A stretch of 53,562 bases of DNA, the filler included, from Stramenopiles sp. TOSAG23-6 (taxonomy: Eukaryota), in assembly GCA_900128565.1 (NCBI GenBank). It is 3 parts of 3 records of this genome, joined end to end, with 100 filler letters (N's around TTAATTAATTAA, not from the genome) between each part and the next. Parts side by side here need not be neighbours in the genome. Positions count along the whole stretch, not along the records: positions 1 to 17,830 come from LT636073.1; 2 more parts are not named here. The stretch is one strand, 5' to 3'. The notes under the pieces are model-generated. The model was not told the origin of the DNA and ran no database searches. It saw only the letters and a program-made list of their open reading frames with translations. The position numbers and the translations under genes were made by a program. Below are positions 1-12,400 of the stretch, in pieces. Numbering within the stretch: the stretch's first letter is position 1; each line of letters opens with the position of its first letter.

Positions 1-54
1 GTACGAAATTTTGTACCTAACGATTTTTTTTTGAAATATTTTTCCAAAATACAT

Positions 55-609
55 GCCAGCCGTAAATCAACTAGAGTTACATCCAAGATTTTCGTCTCCT
101 TCACTTCGCCAATTCGCAAAAGAGAATGGTATTGTTCTTACTGGTTACGGTTCAGGAAATAGTGTTCGTATTGAGCGTAATCCAGTAGTACAAACTATTG
201 CAAATCGTTTGGATGTTCGTTTCCATGATAAATTTCAACTTTTTTTTTCGTACGAAATTTTGTACCTAACAAAAAAACTTTTGAAATATTTTTCCAAAAT
301 ACATGTTTCTCCAATTTCGGTTATTTTAAAATGGACTCTGAATGTACGTTTTCAATTTCAACATGTATTTTTTTTTCATAGTAAATTTTGTACCTAACGA
401 TTTTTTATACACCAAAAAAAAATACAATACATAAAGGAGTTTCGGTTATTCCCAGAACAGCGAATCAAATGCATATGACTGAAAATTTAAAAGCAGCTGA
501 CGTGAACTTGACTAAAGATGATATTGCAAATATTGATTCAATGAATGAAGCTTGGCCATATTATTGGTGTCCACTGCCATTAACGCTTGATTCAAAGTCA
601 GATCTTTGA
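55..609 (+). CDS. Aldo-keto reductase, 3' part (exons 55-214, 305-343, 433-609)
   Basis: Spliced product reads PAVNQLELHP...IANRLDVSPISVILKWTLNKGVSVIPRT...ENLKAADVNLTKDDIANIDSMN, typical AKR C-terminal motifs. 5' end lies outside the window. Confidence 0.88.
215..304 (+). other. Non-canonical GT-AT intron
   Basis: gat|GTTCGTTT...TACGAAATTTTGTACCTAAC...AAAATACAT|gtt. There is no AG between the branch motif and the next intron. Confidence 0.82.
344..432 (+). other. Non-canonical GT-AT intron
   Basis: aat|GTACGTTTT...TTGTACCTAAC...AATACAT|aaa gga restores KWTLNKGVSVIP. Confidence 0.82.
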
Positions 610-846
610 ATGTATTTTTTTTTCATACCAAATTTTGTACCGAATGCTGCAATTCTAGTTACTGGGTTTAAAAAAAAAAGTAATATTTTAGTTTAAGAGA
701 AAAAGGCGATATACCTAGGTATATGTATAATGTATTGTACATACATTTATTTTTCTACCATTTATATATGAAATTTTAATATTTTCATTGTAAAATTCGT
801 TTGTCAAATTTCTTCAAGATTATTCCGAGAGTTTATTGAATCTGTA

Positions 847-3115
847 CTAAATTTCGTACCAATTTACAAATTTCTGACGTATTACTTTTCTCGAGAAATC
901 CTGGACAGAATCTTTTATAGCAAGCCATAAGACAGAACATTTCTCCTCTTTATTATTTTGTATGAGAGTTTTAGTGGTGTCACACTTGGCGGAACAAAAC
1001 TGTAAAGATAATCCACCACATATATCTACAAATTTATTAAATTTTCGTGTATTTACCCCAGCACTATTTTTCCAAATTGATGTTCTTAGTGAACTCTCTA
1101 AATCTTTTGATGTTTCTATATCGTTTGGATCTCTTGATGATTCATTTTTACTCTTTGAAAGATATTGCAAAAGTTTTTTTCTTCCTATTTTTTCAATGAT
1201 GTACTCAATGATCCAAGGACAACAGTGAAAGTCAATACCCGCAGCCTGAATATCGTGTATTGTGAAAAAATATTTTTTTTTTTTTGAATTTAAAAAAATG
1301 AATACGTACAAAATTTTCACAGTAAAAAAAAATGAAATTCAATTTTGAAAACGTATGCATTTTCGTAATCGTTTGTGTCTAATCGCCTCAAATGAGAGAT
1401 TCATTTGAGGAATATCACTATTTGAAAATAACGTGTTGATTATAATTTTCTCAAACGTTTGGAAATGGCTACTTTTATCACTTGTCGTCGTATTGAACAT
1501 CAATTGATGAAATCTATTTTTCCATGTATATTAGGAAAATATTTCAAAAAAAAAAATGAAAACTTGTTAGGTACAAAATTTCATACAAACAAAAATGAAA
1601 TTGAAGCTCCAACGTACATAGTAAAGCATTTTTTCGTAACAAATCCACATCAAATTCTGTGCCACCAAAACTGGCTCTCAAAAGCAAAGCTCGAATAATT
1701 GAAACTCCCGAAGAGTGCATTGGTTGTTTTTCGTGGTTTGTATTGTGAATAAATATTTGTTTTAGTTTAAAAAAAATCGTTAGATGTAAACTTTTTTTAC
1801 AAAAAAAATAACAATTCATAATGAAAACAAACAAAACGAAACAAAAACAATTGTTTAGATACAAAAAATCTTATGAAAAAAATATAAATTTGAAATTCAT
1901 GATGAAAACGTATGGGTAACTCGATATTGACCTGTAGAGTTTATTTTATGATTTTTATCATTTTTCAAAGAAATATTTATAAAATTATGTGAAATTTCCT
2001 GGTACTGACACGATGATATAGCATACACATATAAAAGAACAGTATGTAGGAAGAAAAAATATTTAAAATTCAAATATTTTGTTAGGTCAAATTTTGGCAC
2101 AAAAAAATAAAATATTTAAAATTCAAGTTTGACAACTTTCATCATACAGTTCAATTCCAGGACAAAAATCTTTACTCATAGCAGCCATTAACCATGATAT
2201 TTGTGGTAGTATTGGGTGTATTGAAATTGTATCCTCCACGCCTATGTATTTTGGAGAAATATTCCAAAAAAAAAAAAATGTTAGGTACAAAATTTCGTAC
2301 GAAAAAAAATTGAAAAAAAAAATTTAAACATACATGACAATCAAACGACGCAAAAGCTCCAAAAATGGATTTGTTTGAATATTTATGGAATTTTTATCTG
2401 TTTGAATGTTTATTGAACTTTTGTCATTTTTCTTCTGTCGTTTTCGTTCTTTTGATATTTCCTTATTCATCTTATATCGACGCATCAATTCAGACGCACA
2501 AGCTACAGCTTTATAAGATTCCCTCCGCCTGACAGTTTTTTGTATTATGCTTTTCAACATTGATATCGTAAGTCCACAGGTTGCACCTGTTGTTGTCATG
2601 GAAATAGGCTGCAAACTTTCCAAGTTCGTTGACAACACCATGAGAACCGACCCTTTTACTGATTTATCTATATTTTTGGCAGGAGAAAACATCCACTCTG
2701 AAGGATCAAAATGTTTATCCTTTATCTCAAAACTTGTAGTCCATCCTCCATTATGTTGAATCTTTGCTCGGGCGTTTGTTTTAGCCGCCTTACGCGAGTT
2801 AAAGTCTTCCCAATGGCACGTAAAATGTGTTCCATTAGTATGAATGATATTTGGATTGTATTCTAGGTGAAAATGCATCCCTCGTCCCTCAGCAGAACGC
2901 ATTAATTGATCAAAAGCATTTCCACCCATATTTCGTATAGGTTGCTTCGGATCATCAATCGGTAAAGGTCTCTTTTTATTTGATTGCATCATTCGTGAAA
3001 AGATATTTTCATTCGTGCGTTTCCCTTGAGCGACTTTCTTTGTATCACACATTTCGCATCGGGGCATACTCGAGTAATTTAGAAAAGTGCACAAAGGACA
3101 AGGCCATTGTGACAT
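847..3115 (-). CDS. Conserved uncharacterised protein with N-terminal RanBP2-type zinc finger (exons 3115-2334, 2243-2148, ~2047-1914, 1737-1618, 1523-1357, 1254-847)
   Basis: WPCPLCTFLN...CEMC zinc finger. Spliced blocks KSIIQKTVRR, LLRRLIVIGVED...HP...WLMAAMSK, LRASFGG, W.NRF, GIDFHC and IW...GVN.RK. One junction near 2047 is uncertain. Confidence 0.7.
1255..1356 (-). other. AT-AC member of the intron family
   Basis: tgc|ATACGTTTT...CACAATACAC|gat restores RKCDIQAAGIDFHC. The 5' end is ATACGT, not the U12 consensus ATATCC. Confidence 0.7.
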
Positions 3116-3522
3116 CGATTTTTGGATTGATTCGCAGCTGGAGCTAGTACAGAGTTCAAAGAAACACTGGGTGGTTGGCTGACGTATAAGGTCTAAGGTG
3201 TTTCGAATTGATATCAATATCAGTTTGACCAGTTTGACCGATGAAATCGCAATGAAATCGAAATCGGCGTTTTTCCAAAAGTCACCAATAACCCCTAACC
3301 CTAGCCAATTTTTTTTTGAATCGGTCAAAAATCCTTCGATATCAGATCGATCGACCTCATCTTCTGTCTTCTTCGATTCTATGGGCTCCTCCTATATATC
3401 GCTAAAATAGACTTCGTTCTTACTGAAAGGCATTTATATTGTGGATAATTATCATTTAAGATTATTCGACAATTTATAAATCCGTGCGTTGCTACTGAAG
3501 GGAGACTTTCAAACAAATTTAC

Positions 3523-6244
3523 ATGAAGCTTGAGCTCTCAGTAGACACTGTAAAAGGTGAACATGACACCCGGTCATCAGTGCTCTCCTATCTTAGCAGC
3601 AAGTCGGCTCGGATAAAATGCGACGAGTTATTTTTAACGTGGTGCTCTGAAAAGAGAACAACTGATCTTATTCTTGGTTTTATAGATACAATTGCCAATG
3701 GAGACACTATAGATGGTAATGAGCTCTCTCCAAGACTATTCTTTCCATCAAAGTCTCCTCATGGTGAAGCCAATGGTTCTCCAACTCTATCCCCACCACC
3801 GCTTTCACCCTCAGCAATACGTACAAATAACCGTAAGCAACTTTCCTCTCAGAATAAAGCTGATCATGATAATAATATCGCTGCTTTATCTATGCTATCT
3901 GTTTCTTCTTCTTCCACAGTTCTTCGAGCAGCGGGATCTACTGATATTGCACCGAAAGTATTATCGCCGACTCGTATTGACCATACTAAAGAAACGAAAG
4001 GAAATGGAATGACAAAAAGTGTTGAAGGACAACACGGTGAAAAGAAAAATGATTCAGTAAATGAGCAAACAATTTTAAGAAAGGCCGAAGAAGCGTTGAG
4101 TGTTGATAGTGATGAAGTTGAGCACAAAGAAAATAACATAATAAACCCTGACGGAACCTCAAAAGAAAATAACATAATAAACCCTGACGGAACCTCAAAA
4201 ACTCTCGTGGAGGTTCAACAACCCCGAAAGAAAATTCGACATGTCTCATCAATGGATGAAATACCGCAGTTCTATCATAAAAAAAAGGATATACCTCCTT
4301 CTTCTAGAGTCGTAACTGCTCATATAGAAGCCATTAAAAATGCCTTTTCATCATTTCCAGAAACTCAGAAAGGAATTTTGTTAGCTGATTTCGTGTGCAT
4401 AGCCAAAACACTCTGGGGTATTCCAACATTTATGTGTCCTCTTTTATTCCGACAGATTATATTACACAAAGACAAAGAAGCAGATATAGAATCATTGGAA
4501 AAAAGGCGAAATCAAGTCACGACAAATTCATCAGATGAACAAGTACGTTTTCATCATGAATTTAATTTTTTTTTCATACGAAATTTTGTACCTAAACAAA
4601 AAAGATTTTTTTTTTGAGTTTTTATTCAATACGTTTTCATCATATTTTTTTTACCTTTTTTTTGTAAAAATCATTTCGTACCTAACAAAAAAAATATTTT
4701 TGAAATATGTTTTCGCAATAAATGGTGCAAATGTAGGGCCCCGTGTGACAGTGACTGATGCAATTCACTTTTATCACCATGGCCTTAAACCATTTTCTCA
4801 TACAGAAAGAAGTATGTTTTATTTTTTTTCAATTTCGAATTTATTTTCGTACGAAATTTTGTACCTAACAAATTCTAGTTTTTTTTTTTTTAAATATTTT
4901 TCCAAAATACAATGTTTCGATTACTGAAAAGACCAGGTGTGGATTTTCTTACTTTTGATGATTTCATGCCTATGCTAGAAGAACTTCTAGCATATCATGT
5001 ATGTTTCCATCATTGATTTTATTTTTTTTGGTAGAAAATTTTGTACCTAACGATTTTTTACTGAATAAAAACAAAATATATATTTTTCACAATACACCCA
5101 GGTCTCGAATTTTTAGAATCAACGCCTGAATTCCAAGAAAAGTATGCGCGTACCGTAATCACTAGGATATACTACGTGTGCAATCGCGCTCAGAATGTTT
5201 GTTTTATCATTGATTTTTTTTTTTTACGATGAAAATTGAAAGATTTCGTATCTAATGATTTTCACATTGTAGAAAATATTTTTTAACTACACATGGTCAT
5301 TTAACTTTGAGTGAACTTGAACGCTCAAATCTTGTTGAAATGATGACTGTTGTTGACGAAGAAGAGGACATTAATAAGGTGGAACAGTTTTTTTCATATG
5401 AACATTTTTATGTTGTTTATTGTAAGTTTTGGGAACTTGATACTGATCATGATTTTTTATTGACACCAGCTGATCTTCTTAGATATGGAAATCATTGTTT
5501 AACAAGAGGAATTGTCGATCGTATTTTTGAGAAAGCAATTCGGCCCTTGAATCCAGGTCCCCCTGATAAAATGACGTATGAAAATTTCTGTTATTTTTTT
5601 CTTTCTGAGATAGACAAGTCAAATCCAATATCTATACGATATTGGTTTCCATTAGTTAATGTAAATTGTGATGGTGTGTTCGTTTTCGTCATTCATTTCA
5701 AATTTATTTATTTTTAATACAAAATTTTGTACCTAACGATTTTTGTAAACCCAAAAAAACATTTTTTTCATAATACATAATTAGGCATCGAGAAATGAGA
5801 GAAATGTATGCTGAGCAGCTTCAAAGAATGGAATCATTAGGGCATGAAGTTGTGCCATTTGAGGATGTTATGTGTCAAATGTGTGATTTACTACAACCTG
5901 CAATTCCAGGAGAATTTCGTGTTCGTGATTTTGTACATTGGGATAAGATTGAAAATTCAGGTGTATTTTTTGACATGTTATTTAATCTAAGTGAATTTCT
6001 TGCGTATGAGCAAAGAGATGTTTTTGCACAAAGACAAATGAAACAAAATGAACCAAATACAACACCATGGGAAAGGTATGCTAGAGACGAATATGCGAGA
6101 TTAGCGATGGAAGAAGAGATGCGTGAGATGGGTGTTTCTGATGAAGACAATGAATTCAATGAATTTGAGCATACCGATGAACTTGATAACTGGGGGACTG
6201 GTAGTCGTATCATGTATGATGGTGAAATGGAAGATGAAAAGTAA
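3523..6244 (+). CDS. PPP2R3: Protein phosphatase 2A regulatory subunit B'' (PR72/PR130 family; exons 3523-4542, 4724-4811, 4913-4998, 5098-5196, 5295-5677, 5779-6244)
   Basis: [50 protein letters not shown]-hands and [17 protein letters not shown] are hallmark B'' motifs. Confidence 0.93.
4126..4200 (+). repeat. 36-bp in-frame tandem duplication ([12 protein letters not shown] x2)
   Basis: aaagaaaataacataataaaccctgacggaacctca occurs twice. Confidence 0.9.
4812..4912 (+). other. Non-canonical GT-AA intron
   Basis: aga a|GTATGT...AATACAA|tg ttt restores [11 protein letters not shown]. Confidence 0.78.
4999..5097 (+). other. Non-canonical GT-AC intron
   Basis: cat|GTATGT...AATACAC|cca ggt restores the conserved HPGLEFL. 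The CAG 4 nt downstream would cause a frameshift. Confidence 0.85.
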
Positions 6245-6411
6245 AAACAATGTAGACAAAAGATCTATACAAAGTGTATAAATTTAAATATATCACATGA
6301 GATATAAAAAATATTCTTCGATTTCGCATTTGTTTATAATTAATTTCTATTTTGTAATAGGTAAATTGAAAACAACACTAGTTGTAAAAAGAGTTATATT
6401 TTTTAATACAA

Positions 6412-9400
6412 CTACATTTTGAGCTCAATATGTGCTCCACGCTGAATCAATTTCATTGCGGCACTGTAACTAATAGCAACAGGCACACCACTGAGTTTCA
6501 TAGCATTGTATAAATCCGGTGCATCCTCTATTTTCGCATGCATAGCCATATTTATCAAGCAGTCATACGTTGCAGTATTGGGACTTAAATCGTCATTGAC
6601 AAGAGCTTTGAAAACTGACATTGCCCTTTTCCATTGTGATGCGCGACTGCATGCGTCGAGTACAGAGTTATAAGTAGTTAGTTTAGGCTGAATTTGAAAC
6701 CTCTTCATCTCCCACAATATTCCGACAGCTGCATCAGCCGCGGGAGGTTTTGCATATTTACAAGTAGAAATTATCGCAGTAAATGTGGAGAGATCTGGTC
6801 GAATATCCCTTTGAACCATAACATTGAAAACGTACATAGACTCCCGCCATTTACCCGTTTTACATAAGTCGCGTAGTATTCTCAAATATAGGCTTCTAGC
6901 TTTCACCATGTCACTAATGGTTACATGTGCAGTAGGAGTTATTTTTCTAACTACTTCAAGATTTGCAATAAAATCTGGAGCTATCGTGTATCTTTCTGTT
7001 TCTTCCTTTTCTATATTAGTAACTCTACGATTTTGCAATACTCCATTAGATTTCTTTCGTTTCGATGCTAATTGTATAGCATCATCAATATCCCCTCGTT
7101 CATCCACAAATTTGGCACGTAATTCAGCAAGTTGAGAATTTTTAAGTTTCTCTAAACTTGCCAAGTCATTTTTTAAACGAGTTACTCGAGAATGTTGAGC
7201 CCGGAAAGCTGGATTTCTTTTAGTTTCATATACGATGCATCGTTTCCTTAATTCTTGTAGCTCGGTGTGNATTTCTTTTCCAGATGCAAATGGTAGTTGT
7301 AAGCCTAATGCACGCATAGCAAATGCTATATGAGAAGCATTGCTCTTATCTTGAAGTAACTCCCCAACATGTTCAACGCATTTAGTTACCCGTTGTCTCC
7401 AACCAGAGCTTTCAGCTAGGGAAAGATGTTCTGTAATACTCAGAGCTTGATTGATGAACCGTAAATATTCAGCCTCTAGCTCGACCAACTTTTCCTTTGC
7501 CTGGCATAGCTGTACACGTCTCTGTGATACAATCATATTACTGTTGGTCTTTATACGATCATAATTGAGTTGTGTGCTCTCAGTTATTTGATGGCGCTTA
7601 ATAGATAAATCTGCTAATTCCGTTTTTGCCTCAGATGCTGCAATAACTTTTGCAATTCTTTCTTCCATTATCTTTTCGCGTTCTTGTATTACACGAGATG
7701 TTTCAGTTTCTGCCTGGCGAATTTGGTTTTTCACTGCTACGAGGAGCTCATGCGAAGAATGCTTACCATCACGCATCCATCTCTGTTTACATTTCATGGC
7801 TGCGTGACGTAGTTTCATTGAGCGCTGTTTTGGACTAAGATTAGTATGTTTTTTTGGAACATCTATATTTATGTCCTCGACATCTTCAATATTTTCTATT
7901 TTCTTTTGAGAGCCATGTTTCTTCTGTGTATCAGAAAATAATCTTCCAAACATCATGGCATATATTCGTAAGATTCCATCTGCCCTCGCCCCAAATCCAG
8001 GTGATGGCTTGCAAAGACCTTTTCGAATATTCATGTGTTGAAGTTTAACCCATTTAGCCATTTGTGCAACATATTCCCTTGGAAGAACATACGGCTCATC
8101 GTGTCCAGGTGGTGAAGCATCGAGACTAGCACCACGTAAAAGAAGGAGCTCTGTTGCATCAGCACATCCCCACTTAATACACTTGAGAAGTAATCTACTT
8201 CCATCAACAATTGTATCTGGGTCTAAACCCCGAGAAAGTAACGTGGCAACAAATGCAGCGACAGGGAATTGCCATGCTCGACGAAATAATCGATCCAACC
8301 AACACACACTACCCATCGCTGCCATCACAGGAGCAGAAAACAAATACTCAGGCCGAGGTGCATGGTGTGTCATTTTTATTATTTTTCGTACTAAAGCTGG
8401 TTTCCAAAGGTTCCAACTAGCTTTTGTTCCACCAATGGTAGTGTTTGCTGCAGCGCGTCGAAGTGCGTGTTGCTTTGGATCTAACTGAGACCATGNTTTG
8501 TTCTTTTGAGCAAATCCATCCGTTGAGCAAAGTAGGCGACGAATTATCATCACAGAGGAATAGCAATTCTTCCAATTGTCCGTGATATTAGGTGCAAGGA
8601 ACGCTGGGTCTGTACCAGTGGACATAGCAAGTCTACAAAACCATGGCCTCCATTGACTTTTTTGCACCTCGCTAGACATAATTTTAGCACGCCATACTTT
8701 ACATACAAGTTCTGCCCGACAAAGCTCTCGGGGGTTCAACACAAGACCTCGGCTTAATGCGCATTGCAAGGCCACCACTGCACCTTGCATACTCTGAAAA
8801 CGTTGTCTTGCTTTATAGTAATGCCAAGCTGCTTGGGCTTTTCGTACCGAACGAAGATATCTTGCTCGCCGACGGTGTATAAACCCTCTCACAAAACGTT
8901 GTAAATTACGCATCGGGCGCATAGTTCCTTTTACCTTTTTAACTAAATCCCAATGGAATAAAACCATCGATGTACATCGTCGTGCCACTTGTTTTCTTTC
9001 TCTTAATATTTGCATTCTATCGGCCCTTATAAGCGCTTCAATTCTATCAGACTTTAATGCTTTATGTCTCTGACGTTCCATAGTTTCCCACCTCTGTCGC
9101 ATGAACATTCTTTTATCTGCATCAAGATCTTTCATTTGGCGCATTGTGCGTTTAATAGTTTCCAGGCGTGTTACGGATATACCATGCGTCACACCCGCTT
9201 CAGAATCAGAATCTGAAGCATCTGATAGAGGATCGCCATCGACAACACTATTTACACGCATTATTTGGGTTGATTCGATTCTGTCTTTATCCCCGTGATA
9301 TGTTGAACAATGAACAAAAAGTTTCTCTGATTCGACGAGACCTCTCATAATTTTTAATTCTTTACTTGGTTTATTTTCTTCTCTGAGCTTTCTCTTTTTT

Positions 9401-12400
9401 ATTCTCCTTTTCATTTTTGCCTTTCTTTGTTTTTTATTCAACCTCCGTACATTATTCGATGCAACGGCCGATAAATTTTCGTCGGTGTTACTATTTTCAC
9501 TCTCTGATGAACTATTACTGCTCTCTTCTTCTTCACTTTTTGACTCATTTTGAACTAAACCCTCTTCTTCGGAACTAGATTCATCATTATTATTATCTGT
9601 GTCAGTCGCTTCGCTAAAATCTTCATTTTCCAAATTTCCATTTTGGTCCTTCTGCTTAGCTTTGAGGAATTTTCGCAATTGTTTACGGCGTATTTTATAA
9701 GGAATAGCATTGCCGCTTTTGTCTCGAACCCACGGTTTGCCTCTACCTTCTGTTTCCCATAACATTGTTCCATGATTTGCAGGCGCAATACCTGTGGGAA
9801 ATAATCTATTGCTTCGTTTTATCACCACGGAAATTTCAGTATTACATGGAATAAATAAACCCCTTTTAGCTACCAATATCAATGTGTGTGTGTTTCTATA
9901 CCATGCTGAACTAAAATCTTTGCCATGAGACCCGGATATTGAACATGGTATAATATCATATGCAGATGAAAGACATGGAAGCGTGAATACAATTCGATTA
10001 GAAGATTGAATGGAAATATTTGATTTCCACTGTATCGTAACTTCTGAAATTTGTTTCGCAAAGTTAGGCTTGAAAAAAACGCTTGAGTCATAAAAAATAG
10101 CTTTTGAAGATTCAACCATCTTATGTTCGAAAGCAGAAGTTGCCAGTGCAAGAAGCATTTTGTGTCGCTCCAATGATGTCTTTGCTGTTTCAATTACATA
10201 TGACTCAATTAATAGTTCGTTTTGTAGCGCTTCTTCCCGAGCAATATTTGTTGCAATTACCCTCTCCGCAGCTTCCTTTTCTTCACGGAGCAATTGTTCT
10301 TGCATACTCTCTCGTTTGTAACCTTCAGTATTCTCTGAGCCAATTTCCCGAATACCTTTAGCTACATTTTTCAAGTACCAGTCGGTAAATTCCTCAAATG
10401 TAACACTTCCATCACCACTTGAATCCATCTCAGAAAACGCATCATTCAGTTTTTTATTTGATAGAAAACCCGTTAGTTTCTCGCCAAGCGCTTCCGCAAG
10501 TTTACGCACTTCGTTTTTGTCTAATTCGCCAGATTTGTCTTCATCAAGTTGGTCAAATAGTTTACGAATCTTGCCCATCATCAGTTTTTTTCTTTCAATC
10601 GCACTGTAAGCTTGCCCATTTTCATTGAAGAAGCCTATTCCGAGAGGATCAAGTCTCTTCTCCTTTTCCCTTATGTTTTTTTGTTCATTCAAAATTCGTT
10701 TCTTTTCCTTCTTTTCAGCTTGGATTGCCTTTTGCGATTTACGTTTTTCATCGCGTGCGCGTTCTTTAAGAGTCTTTTTCAATTCTTTTTCTGTGAGTGT
10801 CTTATCATTTTCATCGCGTTTGCGAAGTTCTTCTTTTTTCAGTTCTTCACACCGAATTGTATCAGCTTCAGAAAAAGCAATTTCTTTCATTACCGTTCGC
10901 TGACGATTCTCTTCCCTTTCCATCGAAACTCTTTCTCGTTTCATATTTAAACATTCCTTGTGTTGTTTTTCTTTTTCGCATAAATCTATTCTCATCAAAG
11001 CTACCCAATGACGCTCTTCTTCATCAGAGTCACTAGAAAGACTAGGATCATCCTCTGATGAAGCTAGAGCCTCTTCCCATATTGGAAGTGGACCTCGGTT
11101 TCTTCTCCGAATAGCACGACGTCGTCTTCGAACTATTTGAGCAACGCGCTTACGCTCTTTCTCAACAAGCGCTATAGCATCATCATCTTTGCTCTGGATT
11201 TCTGCCTCACGGCGTAGCTTGAAAAAATATTTCTTGTATTTTTCTTGGGCATCAATAAAAGCAGGTACGAGACATTCAAGCTCACTATGACGCGCACACA
11301 ACTCACTTTCTATTTTTGCTTGTTCGATTGGTGTGATGTCACCACTTCGCATTGGACCAAACGGACGAAGGGCAGCAATACGCGCATCTAAGTAATTTTG
11401 AAGAGTACATTTATCCTTATTGCAAGCTTCCATAGCAGCTTTTGATTTATCCATATTTTCCCGGAGTCTCTTAATCTGAGCATTGTTCCATATATTATCG
11501 AAACTTCTTAGTTTATCTATTAGGTGCTCTGAATTTGAAACATTTTTCTCGCAAAGCTCCTTTTGCTTTTTCAGAGTATCTAAATCTTCTTTCCATTTCT
11601 CTTCCTGTAGAACTTTGAGGTCAGTACGTATATCATCCATGTCATCAAAACAGTCTTCCATTTTTCGTGTTGCATCAGTCAAATCATTATATAATGATAC
11701 CAAAACTTCAGAAACATCCGTGCGTTCTTCTACAACAAATTCATCATAATCTGGTAATGGTTTGAACTCACCTGATGCGTCAGCTTCTTCTTTCCATTGG
11801 GATTGAAATAATTTATCTGCCTTATCTCTTTTTATTTGTGAATTTTTGTGCTTCAGCATAGCATCTTTAAGCATTGAGTTTAGACTACGTATATCTTCAT
11901 CACGCAATGCTGAAATTTTCTTTTTATATTCAACTTCTGCTAGAACTCCTTCGAATCGTCTCTTTGTGGCAAGCCTTGATGCTTTAATGAGTAGTACTCC
12001 TTCAGAATCCGAGCTTGGGTTGGATTCAGATGGTATTGAAATTGGTTGGTCGTATTCTATAACATCCTTTGTTTCTATAAATGGATTAAAATTATACACT
12101 CTCCAATAATCTGTTTCTGCTGATGGACTCGATGCGGTCAAAGCCAAAGCAGCAGCTCGCTTCATTGTATCTTCTTTTGTCCATTTTTTTCCAACCAATG
12201 CAGAAATTATACCGCGTGAATCCTTTTCTTTGTTTCTTTGTTCCAGAATGATTTCTTTATGAAAATTTTCTGCCCATTCGACACTAGAAGTTGTAACCTG
12301 TTTTTTACGATTGACTCGCGCAATAGATGCTGCTTCCAGCTTTTGATTCAAATTAAGTCGCTCTATTTCCAATGGTTTTATAAGGACATCAATGCCGAGA

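Noticed and set aside
213-302. U12-type AT-AC introns (register shifted by 2 nt)
   Set aside because: There is no ATATCC 5' site or TCCTTAAC branch. The shifted register would need TT, CG, GG, CC and TA starts, would destroy the four YAG ends, and gives worse residues at the discriminating junctions. It is not fully excluded without cDNA.
3116-3328. N-terminal extension of ORF 2324-3328
   Set aside because: It begins at TTG in the divergent promoter region. The first ATG, at 3115, directly precedes the zinc finger.
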